A stretch of DNA of 64,000 nt from Pseudomonadota bacterium (GTDB taxonomy: Bacteria; Pseudomonadota; Gammaproteobacteria; Steroidobacterales; Steroidobacteraceae). The DNA is taken from the NCBI GenBank assembly GCA_025355105.1, contig JANYAE010000128.1:9850-73849 (forward strand). Reading direction: 5' to 3'. A program made the position numbers and the translations under genes. Shown here piece by piece: positions 48,566 to 58,359 of this stretch (positions are counted from its first letter, which is position 1; the number at the start of each line of letters is the position of its first letter). The notes under the pieces are model-generated. The model was not told the DNA's origin, did not search any database, and saw nothing but the letters and a program-made list of their open reading frames with translations.

Positions 48566-48572
48566 TCAGCGC
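48559..48572. repeat. Perfect 14-bp palindrome formed by two abutting convergent stop codons
   Basis: GCGCTGA|TCAGCGC: TGA (48563-48565) of the plus-strand gene is directly followed by TCA (48566-48568), the TGA of glrR on the minus strand. The intergenic distance is zero. Confidence 0.9.
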
Positions 48573-49924
48573 GCCTTGAATTCCTCCGGCGACAGCGTGT
48601 GGCGGGCGAGCAGCTTGTAGAAGTCGGTGCGGTTGCGTTTGGCGAGGCGCGCGGCCTGGCTGACGTTGCCGCCGGTGATCTGCAGGATCTGCACCAGGTA
48701 GTTGCGCGTGAACTCGTCGCGCGCCGCGTCGTAGGAGGGCAGGCCCGCGGCGCCGGCGCCGACTGCCTGTTCGGCGATCTCGGCACTGATGACCGAGGTC
48801 TGAGCGATCGTCGCGTTCTGGTGCACCACCGCTTGCAGCTGGCGGATATTGCCGGGCCATTCGGCGGTCGCGAGGAACTCGACGGCCTCCGGCGCATAGA
48901 TCTTGCGCGAACCGGTCTCAACCGCGATCTGCTCAAGGAAGTGCGCGACCAGCAGCGGGATGTCCTCGCGACGACGCGCGAGCGCCGGCACGTCGATGTG
49001 CACGACGTTGAGACGGTAGTACAGATCCTCGCGGAATCTTCCTTGCACCATCAGCTGGGCCAGGTCCTGCCGCGTCGTGGCCATGACGCGCGCGTTCACC
49101 GGCCGCGTCTGGTCGGTGCCGGCCGGTCGCACCAGATTCTCCTGCAGCGCGCGCGCCAGCTTCGCCTGCAGTGGTAACGGCAGGTCGGCAACCTCCTCGA
49201 GCACCACCGTGCCGCCCTCGGCCGCCTGCAGCAGGCCCTTCTGGGTCTTGGCGGCGCCCGGGATCGTGCCGTTGTCGTAGCCGAACAGGTCCGTCTCGAG
49301 GTCGCTCTCGGCGACCTCGGTGCACGACAGCACGACGAATGGGCCGTCGCGTCGCGTGCTGGCCCGGTGGATCGCGCGCGCCAGCAGCTTTTTGCCGACG
49401 CCGGCGTCGCCGGTAATCAACACGCGCGCGTCGGTCGCCGCCACCATGTGCGCCTGGGAGAGCTTCTCCTCCATCAGCGGCGAGCGCGTGACGAGGTCGG
49501 CGCGCCACTCCTCGTCAACCGACGGGAAGCCCGAAATCCTGAGCGCCTTCTGCACCTGGTCAAGCAGCTCCTGCTTCTCGACCGACTTGGTCATGAAGCT
49601 GAAGGCGCCGCTCTGGGTGGCGCGAACGGCGTCCGGGATCGTGCCGTGGGCCGTCAGCAGGATCACCTTGAGGCCGGGCCAGCGGACCTGCAGCTCTTTC
49701 AGCAGACCGATGCCGTCCATCTGGTCCATGCGCAGGTCGGTGATGACGAGGTCCGGGCGGAAGCGGCCGACCGCGGCCAAGGCCTCGGCGGCGCTTTGCA
49801 CCGCCTCGACCTCGTAGTTCTCCGATCGCAGGCGGATGGTCAGCAGGCGCAGCAGGCCCGGGTCGTCGTCCACCGCGAGGATCTTCGCGCGCCGCTTGGT
49901 CGAGTCTTTGCGTTGGGCCTGCAT
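48566..49924 (-). CDS. glrR: Sigma-54-dependent two-component response regulator GlrR (QseF)-like
   Basis: The receiver domain (KILAVDDDPGLLRLLTIRLRSENYEVEAV...PDLVITDLRMDQMDGIGLL...ILLTAHGTIPDAVRATQSGAFSFMTKSVEK) is near-collinear with E. coli GlrR as I recall it. The AAA+ domain has Walker A GDAGVGKK and the GAFTGA-like loop. The Fis HTH is GGNVSQAARLAKRNRTDFYKLLARH. Confidence 0.85.
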   Translation of the reverse strand: MQAQRKDSTKRRAKILAVDDDPGLLRLLTIRLRSENYEVEAVQSAAEALAAVGRFRPDLVITDLRMDQMDGIGLLKELQVRWPGLKVILLTAHGTIPDAVRATQSGAFSFMTKSVEKQELLDQVQKALRISGFPSVDEEWRADLVTRSPLMEEKLSQAHMVAATDARVLITGDAGVGKKLLARAIHRASTRRDGPFVVLSCTEVAESDLETDLFGYDNGTIPGAAKTQKGLLQAAEGGTVVLEEVADLPLPLQAKLARALQENLVRPAGTDQTRPVNARVMATTRQDLAQLMVQGRFREDLYYRLNVVHIDVPALARRREDIPLLVAHFLEQIAVETGSRKIYAPEAVEFLATAEWPGNIRQLQAVVHQNATIAQTSVISAEIAEQAVGAGAAGLPSYDAARDEFTRNYLVQILQITGGNVSQAARLAKRNRTDFYKLLARHTLSPEEFKAR

Positions 49925-49945
49925 CTTGAGCTCCGCCAGTCCGAT

Positions 49946-50578
49946 TCAAGGTTTCGGCGGGTTCCCCCGGCCGGTCAGCGAACGCTCGACCTCCATGACG
50001 GCGTCGAGCTTCTTCTGCGCATCTTCCACCGCTCGGCGCAGCCGCGCATTCTCGTCGAGCTCCGTCTGCAGGCGCTTGGCGAGCGCCGCCGAGCGATCCT
50101 TGTCGCGGCCCGCTGCCTCCTGCTGCAGGCGGCGATTCTCCGCCGCCAGTACCAACCGCTCGTCGACTTCCGCGAGCAGCACCGAGGCGAGCGCGCGCTC
50201 CGACGGTAACAGCAATTCTGGCCTGGCCACCAAATCTGACAACTGTCTGCGGGCTGCGACAGGGTCAGAGCCTGCGTGGCCGGGCAGCGCCAGCATCAAC
50301 GCGTAGCGCAGCCGATTCAGCGTCGTCGGCGCGCTCTCCGCGGCAACGCGCGCGGCCTGGAAGGCCTCCGCCTGCGCGGCCGGCGCGCCGGAGTGCAGCT
50401 CGCCGAGGGTCGCGACGTAGCCGCGGGCGGCCTCGGCGTCGGCGGCCGGCCTGCTGACTGCGGTCTCAGGCTTGCTCGGCACCGACTTGATGATGGAGCC
50501 GCCGAGCCCGCCGCACGCGCCGAGCGAGGCAAGGAAGGTGAACAATGCGAGCCGCACGGCGCCGCTCCGGTGCTTCAT
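49946..50578 (-). CDS. Lipoprotein in the position of QseG/GlrP between the kinase and regulator genes
   Basis: ATG 50578 overlaps the glrK TGA (ATGA). The lipobox is LFTFLASLGAC. The C-terminal half is a coiled coil (RLQQEAAGRDKDRSAALAKRLQTELDENARLRRAVEDAQKKLD). The call rests on synteny, not sequence similarity. Confidence 0.6.
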   Translation of the reverse strand: MKHRSGAVRLALFTFLASLGACGGLGGSIIKSVPSKPETAVSRPAADAEAARGYVATLGELHSGAPAAQAEAFQAARVAAESAPTTLNRLRYALMLALPGHAGSDPVAARRQLSDLVARPELLLPSERALASVLLAEVDERLVLAAENRRLQQEAAGRDKDRSAALAKRLQTELDENARLRRAVEDAQKKLDAVMEVERSLTGRGNPPKP

Positions 50579-52053
50579 GCGGCGGCGTCCGCTTGGTTCT
50601 CGGCGCGGCGGTTCGCCGGCCGGGCCGGCAGACGGATGCGGAAGTGCGCGCCCGGATGAACGCCATCGACGAGTTCGATCGTGCCACCGTGCGCCTGTAC
50701 AAATTCCGTCACCACCGACAGACCGATGCCGGTGCCCTTGACCTTGCCGGCCTGCTCGGTCTTGCCGGTGTAGAAGGCATCGAACACCGCCGAGCGCTCG
50801 TCGCGCGGGATGCCCGGCCCGGTGTCGGCGACGTCGAGAATCAGGTGATCCTTGTAGGTCAGCGCGTGGATGAAGATCGTGCCCTCGCGCGGCGTGAACT
50901 TCACGGCGTTCGACAGCAGGTTGTCGAGGATGAGGCGCAGCTTGCCGCGGTCGGCGGTGATCTCGACATCCTGGACCTTGACGTCGAGCCGGATGCGATT
51001 CGCGACCACCGTGAGCTGCTGCGCGCTGACCACCGAGCGCACCAGGTGGCGCAGCGAGAACTGACTGAGCTCGAGCCCGACCGCCTTCGCCTGCCAGGCG
51101 CTGAAGGACAGCAGGTTCTCGATCAGACGCTGCAGCTTGATGCTGTTCTCCCTGAGGATGTTCGCGACTTCGCGCTGGTTCGGGTCGAGCGGCCCGACCG
51201 CGCCCTCCATCAGCAGCTCCGTCCCCTCGCGGATGTTGGCGAGCGGCGTCTTGAGCTCGTGCGACATGTGCCGCAGGAAGCGGTTCTTCTCGTGCTCGAC
51301 GTCGCGCAGCCGCAGTCGCAGCCATTCGAGCTGCCGGCCGAGGCGCTCGAGATCGCTCGGGCCGCGGACCACGACCGGGCGCGAGACGGTGCCGCGGCCG
51401 AGTTCGCTGATCGCCTGGTCGATCTGCCGGATCGGACGGGCGAGCAGGCTCACGAACACGACCAGGATCACCGCGGTGATCGGCACCAGCGCCGCGGCCT
51501 GCCAGAACAGCTGCTTCTGCGTCTCGATCGCCGAGACCTGCAGGGCCTCAAGGCGCGTGTCGAGGTCGGTCGTCGTCTGGCGGCCGAGGGCGGAGATCGC
51601 TTCCTCGGTGTGGGCGAACTCGTCGATCGCGCGCGCCAGCGTCGGCGAGGGTCCGTCGGCGGCCTCGAACACGCGCGTCAGGCGTTCGACGTCGGCGCGG
51701 ATGCTGGCGGTCAGCTGCGCGGTCGGCGGCAGGGGATTGGCGCCTTCCAGCGCCAGCAGGCTCGCCTCGACCTCGTCGCGGTGCTGGAAGATGAGCTTCT
51801 TGTTCAGGTCCTTGCCGGTCACCTGGTAGAAGCCGGCGTTGCGCCTGAGGCCGGTCAGGCTCTCGGCCAGTTCCTGGTTGTGGCGGGTTACCTCGACCCC
51901 GAGGTGCGCCAGCGCCTCGCTCTGCTGGGTGAGCCGGCGCATCTGCACCGTCGCGTTGACGACGGCGGCGAGGAGCGGGATCGCGACGAGCGCGAAGCCG
52001 ATCACCAGGAGGCCGCTCAGCGACTTCGGGCGTACCAGACGCATTGTGGCCAT
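50575..52053 (-). CDS. glrK: Sensor histidine kinase GlrK (QseE)-like
   Basis: 492-aa ORF with two TM helices flanking a ~150-aa periplasmic domain, then a HAMP domain. The H-box RFLRHMSHELKTPLANIREGTELLMEGAVGPLDPNQREV closely matches E. coli GlrK as I recall it. The HATPase has N, G1 and G2 boxes (LSNAVKF, DTGPGI, GTGIGLS). Confidence 0.85.
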   Translation of the reverse strand: MATMRLVRPKSLSGLLVIGFALVAIPLLAAVVNATVQMRRLTQQSEALAHLGVEVTRHNQELAESLTGLRRNAGFYQVTGKDLNKKLIFQHRDEVEASLLALEGANPLPPTAQLTASIRADVERLTRVFEAADGPSPTLARAIDEFAHTEEAISALGRQTTTDLDTRLEALQVSAIETQKQLFWQAAALVPITAVILVVFVSLLARPIRQIDQAISELGRGTVSRPVVVRGPSDLERLGRQLEWLRLRLRDVEHEKNRFLRHMSHELKTPLANIREGTELLMEGAVGPLDPNQREVANILRENSIKLQRLIENLLSFSAWQAKAVGLELSQFSLRHLVRSVVSAQQLTVVANRIRLDVKVQDVEITADRGKLRLILDNLLSNAVKFTPREGTIFIHALTYKDHLILDVADTGPGIPRDERSAVFDAFYTGKTEQAGKVKGTGIGLSVVTEFVQAHGGTIELVDGVHPGAHFRIRLPARPANRRAENQADAAA

Positions 52054-52134
52054 GATATCAGTGTCACCCGCTGCGGATGGCCGGGTGCAAGCCGCGCTCG
52101 AAAGTGCGTGACGCCCGGGACCGAACGCGGCCGC

Positions 52135-53142
52135 TCAGGCGGCCGACTGCGCGCGTAGCTTTTGTTCCCAGCGCAGCGCGTCGCCGACGATCTGGTCCAG
52201 GTTGTCGAGTCGCGGCGCCCAGCCGAGCACGCTGCGGATCCGCTCGGCCTTCGCGATCAGCATCGGCGGATCGCCGGCGCGGCGCGGCTCCTCGCGGATC
52301 GTGAGCGGCCGGCCGGCGGCCCGTTCGACCGCCGCCAGCACTTCGCGCACGCTGTAACCGTGGCCGTAGCCGCAGTTGAGCGTCGTGGAACTGCCGCCGG
52401 AGCGCAGGTAGGCGAGCGCCGCGAGATGGGCAGAGGCGAGGTCCTCGACGTGGATGTAGTCGCGCACGCCGGTGCCGTCCGGTGTCGGGTAGTCGGTGCC
52501 GTAGATCGACACGTGCGAGCGCTTGCCGACGACGTGCTCGACCGCGACCTTGGTGAGCAGTGTCGCGTCAGGCGTCGACTGCCCGATCCGGCCGCCCGGA
52601 TCCGAGCCGGCGACGTTGAAGTAGCGCAGCGCCACGTGGCGCAGCCTGGTGACCGCCGAGACGTCGCGCAGCATCCACTCGCTCATCAGCTTGGAGGTGC
52701 CGTACGGATTGATCGGCGCGTGCGGCGAGTCTTCCGCGGCAATGCCGCCGCTCGGCATGCCGTAGACGGCGGCGGTGGACGAGAACACGAACTGGCCGAC
52801 GCCTTCCGCCAGGCAGCTCTCGAGCAGCGAGCGGGTGCTCGAGGTGTTGTTCTCGTAGTACTTGAGCGGCTGGGCAACCGACTCCGGCACGATCGTGTAG
52901 GCGGCGAAGTGCATCACCGTGCCGACTTCGTGCTCGCGCAGCACCCGCCGCACCAGCTCGGCGTCGCCGGTGTCGCCGACCACCAGCGAGCCGTGGGTCA
53001 CGGCTTCGCGAAAGCCGCGCGACAGGTTGTCGAGCGTGACGACGCGCTCACCGGCTTCACCGAGCTGGCGAACGACGTGACTGCCGATGTAACCGGCGCC
53101 GCCGGTGACGAGAATGCCCTGACCATTCACGAATTGGTCCAT
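52135..53142 (-). CDS. galE: UDP-glucose 4-epimerase
   Basis: 335-aa ORF with ILVTGGAGYIGSH, FSSTAAVYG, and the catalytic YGTSK. Confidence 0.9.
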   Translation of the reverse strand: MDQFVNGQGILVTGGAGYIGSHVVRQLGEAGERVVTLDNLSRGFREAVTHGSLVVGDTGDAELVRRVLREHEVGTVMHFAAYTIVPESVAQPLKYYENNTSSTRSLLESCLAEGVGQFVFSSTAAVYGMPSGGIAAEDSPHAPINPYGTSKLMSEWMLRDVSAVTRLRHVALRYFNVAGSDPGGRIGQSTPDATLLTKVAVEHVVGKRSHVSIYGTDYPTPDGTGVRDYIHVEDLASAHLAALAYLRSGGSSTTLNCGYGHGYSVREVLAAVERAAGRPLTIREEPRRAGDPPMLIAKAERIRSVLGWAPRLDNLDQIVGDALRWEQKLRAQSAA

Positions 53143-53251
53143 CCTGTCCCTGGTTGTGACCCCGCGAGGATAGCAACCTCCGCTGACGCTGGCGTGCGAC
53201 CGGCGCCGCAGTTTCGCCGGCCCTCCCGGCCGCCTTCGGCATAATCAGGCC

Positions 53252-54253
53252 ATGGAACAGGTATTTACCAGCGCCAGCGGCGAAACGCCGTATGCCCGGC
53301 TGACCCCGGATCTGGTGATCCAGGCGGTCGAACGGGCCGGATTCGTGCCGGACGGCCGCGTGCTGGCCCTCAATAGCTACGAGAACCGGGTCTATCAGGT
53401 GGGGCTCGAGGAAGGGACCCCGGTCGTGGTCAAGTTCTACCGGCCCGGCCGCTGGAGCCGCGAGGCGATCCTCGAGGAGCACGGCTTCGCGCTCGAGCTC
53501 GCCGCCGCCGAGATCCCGATCGTCGCGCCGCTGGTCCTCGACGGTGTGACGCTGCTCGAGGCCGACGGCTATCCCTACGCCGTCTATCCGCGCCGCGGTG
53601 GCCGGTGGCCGGACCTGGATAGCGGCGACGACCGGATCCTGATGGGCCGCTTTCTCGGCCGCCTGCACCGCGTGGGCGGCAGCCGGCGTTTCGAGTACCG
53701 CCCGGTGCTCGACGCCGGGGCGATGGCGGTCAAGGCGGCCGAGTTCGTGCTCGACGGCGAGTGGCTGCCGGACTACCAGGTGGAGCGCTACGCCGAGGTG
53801 GCCGAGGCGCTGATCGGAAGGATCCATCAGGCCTTCGAGGCCGCGGGACCTGGTCGGCGAATCCGCATCCACGGCGACTGCCACCGCGGCAACATCCTCT
53901 GGACCGAGAAGGGCCCGCACTTCGTCGATCTCGACGACTGCATGACCGGCCCGGCGATTCAGGACCTGTGGATGCTGCTCGCCGGCAATCGCGAGGAGGT
54001 GCGCCGGCAGCTGACCGACATCCTCGAGGGCTACGAGCAGTTCGCCGAGTTCGACCGCGTCGAGCTCGGGCTGATCGAGGCGCTACGGGCGCTACGTATG
54101 ATCCACTATGCCGCGTGGCTCGCGCGGCGCTGGCATGATCCGGCCTTCCCCAAGGCCTTTCCGTGGTTCGCGGCGCCGCGCTACTGGGACGATCATGTGC
54201 GCCAGCTCACCGAGCAGCTCGAGGCGCTGGACGAGGCGCCACTGCGGTTATAG
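53252..54253 (+). CDS. srkA: Stress-response Ser/Thr kinase SrkA (YihE/RdoA) family
   Basis: 333-aa ORF with LNSYENRVYQV, VVKFYRPGRWS, HGDCHRGNILW and FVDLDD. Confidence 0.85.
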   Translation: MEQVFTSASGETPYARLTPDLVIQAVERAGFVPDGRVLALNSYENRVYQVGLEEGTPVVVKFYRPGRWSREAILEEHGFALELAAAEIPIVAPLVLDGVTLLEADGYPYAVYPRRGGRWPDLDSGDDRILMGRFLGRLHRVGGSRRFEYRPVLDAGAMAVKAAEFVLDGEWLPDYQVERYAEVAEALIGRIHQAFEAAGPGRRIRIHGDCHRGNILWTEKGPHFVDLDDCMTGPAIQDLWMLLAGNREEVRRQLTDILEGYEQFAEFDRVELGLIEALRALRMIHYAAWLARRWHDPAFPKAFPWFAAPRYWDDHVRQLTEQLEALDEAPLRL

Positions 54254-54285
54254 TTCTGGGGTTCGACGTGAGGGGTTGCGGCGGC

Positions 54286-54882
54286 ATGCGGCGACGACAC
54301 GGAAGTTTGGTGCAGGCAAGACGGATCGTTGCGAGCCTGGGTCTCGCCGCGCTGCTGTTGGGTGGCTGCCACGCCGGTGACGGCAACCCGGCCAACCCGG
54401 TGGGCAAGCCGGTGGCCAAGAAGCTGACGCCGCCGGCGGAGGCGGCGATCGATCCGGCCGTGACCGAGGCCAATCGCACGATGGCCTCCGGGGTACCGAT
54501 CGGCAGCAGCACCGCGCCGCTCGAAATCCGCTTCGACCTGGCCGCCGTCCCCCGCCCCGGCGAGGCCTTCGTGATCGACGTGGCGGCACTGCCAGCTGCG
54601 CCGGCGCCGGTGCTGCGGCTCGAAGTGACGGGCGGCGCGGGGCTGACGATCCTCGAGCCTGACGGTTTCGTGGCCTTCGAGAAGGTGCAGGCCGGTTCCC
54701 TGACGCGCCTCAAGATCCGCGCCAGCGCCGCGACCGCCGGGACCCGCCTGGTGCAGGTCCGGGCGACGATGGAGCTGCCGGGTGGCCCGGAGTCGCGCGT
54801 GTTCGCGTTCCCGGTCGTGGTCGGCGGGCCAGCGGCGCCTGCCCCGGCACCGGCTCCCGCAGCCAAGGCCACGGCCCGCTGA
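54286..54882 (+). CDS. Hypothetical lipoprotein with an Ala/Pro-rich C-terminal tail
   Basis: ATG 54286 gives MRRRHGSLVQARRIVASLGLAALLLGGC (lipobox LLGGC). The tail is PAAPAPAPAPAAKATAR. The ORF is open from 54163. Confidence 0.55.
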   Translation: MRRRHGSLVQARRIVASLGLAALLLGGCHAGDGNPANPVGKPVAKKLTPPAEAAIDPAVTEANRTMASGVPIGSSTAPLEIRFDLAAVPRPGEAFVIDVAALPAAPAPVLRLEVTGGAGLTILEPDGFVAFEKVQAGSLTRLKIRASAATAGTRLVQVRATMELPGGPESRVFAFPVVVGGPAAPAPAPAPAAKATAR

Positions 54883-54969
54883 CTCCGCGTCGCAGTGGAG
54901 GCCTCGGCCACGTATAATGGCCGGCTTCCCCGAGGGTCCCCCTTTCAGGACCCAGCCCGAGATCTCCGC

Positions 54970-56784
<1,815 letters not shown>

Positions 56785-56812
56785 CGAGGCCGCAGGGGTA
56801 CGGGGACCGCGC

Positions 56813-58243
56813 ATGAAGAGCCAACGGACACGGCGATCGATCCGGCAGGTGGTGTTGGTCTTGGGGCTCGTGGCGACGGCCGCGGCCTGGGCCGAGGACG
56901 GCTGGAGCGGTCTGCAGACGGCGCACGCCGACTGGGCGCTGCTGGCCGGCGCGAGCTATACCGACAACGCGACGCTGGCGCCGGTCGGCAAGAGTGACGA
57001 GATCGCGACCGCCGGTGTCGAGGGCAGCCTGTACCGGGACAGCGGGCGGCTGCGTGCCGACCTCGACGGCGTGTTGCGCTATGAGGACTACATCGACCAC
57101 ACCTTTCCCGGGCACCTCGTCGGCAACCTGCGCAGCCTCGCGAGCTACCAGTTCGTGCCCGAGCGCCTCAGTTGGGTGGTGCAGGACACCTACGGCCAGG
57201 CGTCGCTGAATCCGTCGCTGCCGACGACGCCGAGCAACCGGATCAACGCCAACATGCTCTCGACTGGCCCCGACGCGAATTTCCGCTTCGGCGGCGACCT
57301 GGGGCTCAGCCTCGGCGCGCGCTACGCGCGCACCGACTTCCAAAATAACCCGACCGCGCAGGCGAACGACCAGCGCGTCAGCGCCAACGTGAGCCTCGCC
57401 AAGCACTTCTCGGCGGCCTCTTCGCTGTCGCTGAACGTCGGCGAGTCGCGGCTCGAGTACAAGGAGCCTGGCACGCCGCACTTCGACGAGAGCGACGCGT
57501 TCGTCCGCTACAGCACCCAGGCGATGCGCACCGGAGCGATCGTCGACGCGGGCTACACACAGGTTCGCGAGGCCGGCAGCACGGTGAGCGACCCGCTGCT
57601 GCGTGCCACGGTCTATCGGCGCCTGACGCCGTCGTGGAACCTCAACCTGTCGGCAGGATCGGAGTTCCAGAACTCCGGCATCGCGCTGCAGTCGGCGCTT
57701 GCCGGCACCCATGTCGTCAACGGCCAGGTCGTGCCGGCCGGCCCGCCGGGCGCGCCGCCCGGATCTGCCGGCGGCGTCGGCAACGTGATCGTGGCGAACA
57801 GCATCTTTCGCGCCGATCACGTCGGCCTGTCGCTCGACTTCGTCCGCCCGCGCACGACGATCGACCTGAAGGCGGACGAGACGCGCGAGCGCTACCAGTT
57901 CGGCGCCTCGGCGCTCGATCGCGAATACACCACGGTCGGTGCCACCGTCACGCGCCAGCTACGACAGTCGCTGTCGTTGCGGGCATCGGCGGTTGCGGCG
58001 CGTCAGAAGACGTCCGCGCAGCAGCCGGGCTTTCGCTCCACGATCGCCGACCTCGGGCTCGACTGGCGGGCAGGCTCTTGGCTCACGGTGTCCCTGGCCT
58101 ACCACCGCGAAGACCGCCCGGCGGACCCGATCTTTGCCGGCTACGTCGAGAACGTCATCTACCTCGGCCTGAGCTACGGACCGCCCAAGCACAGCCTGGC
58201 ACTGCCCGGGGCGCCGCCATCCGGCACCGCCGGGCCGATGTAG
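56813..58243 (+). CDS. Putative outer-membrane beta-barrel protein
   Basis: The signal peptide is MKSQRTRRSIRQVVLVLGLVATAAAWA/ED. Amphipathic beta-strand patterns alternate throughout (LLAGASYTDNATL, LSLGARYARTDF, LTVSLAYHRED, VIYLGLSYG). A relationship to EPS-locus-associated barrel families is possible but unverified. Confidence 0.5.
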   Translation: MKSQRTRRSIRQVVLVLGLVATAAAWAEDGWSGLQTAHADWALLAGASYTDNATLAPVGKSDEIATAGVEGSLYRDSGRLRADLDGVLRYEDYIDHTFPGHLVGNLRSLASYQFVPERLSWVVQDTYGQASLNPSLPTTPSNRINANMLSTGPDANFRFGGDLGLSLGARYARTDFQNNPTAQANDQRVSANVSLAKHFSAASSLSLNVGESRLEYKEPGTPHFDESDAFVRYSTQAMRTGAIVDAGYTQVREAGSTVSDPLLRATVYRRLTPSWNLNLSAGSEFQNSGIALQSALAGTHVVNGQVVPAGPPGAPPGSAGGVGNVIVANSIFRADHVGLSLDFVRPRTTIDLKADETRERYQFGASALDREYTTVGATVTRQLRQSLSLRASAVAARQKTSAQQPGFRSTIADLGLDWRAGSWLTVSLAYHREDRPADPIFAGYVENVIYLGLSYGPPKHSLALPGAPPSGTAGPM

Positions 58244-58359
58244 CCGCCCGGCCGGCTAACGCTGCGTCGAACCGGGACCCGGTTCACACCCCCAGGTAGG
58301 GGTAATCCCTAACATCGTCAAATCGTCCGTCGCCTTGGCTGGCAGGGTCGCCTGGCCTT

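Noticed and set aside
52054-52134. Possible glmY-like sRNA gene upstream of glrK, as in E. coli
   Set aside because: Only about 80 nt separate glrK from the end of galE. That is too short for a glmY-sized sRNA plus its sigma-54 promoter, and no TGGCAC-N5-TTGC element is present.
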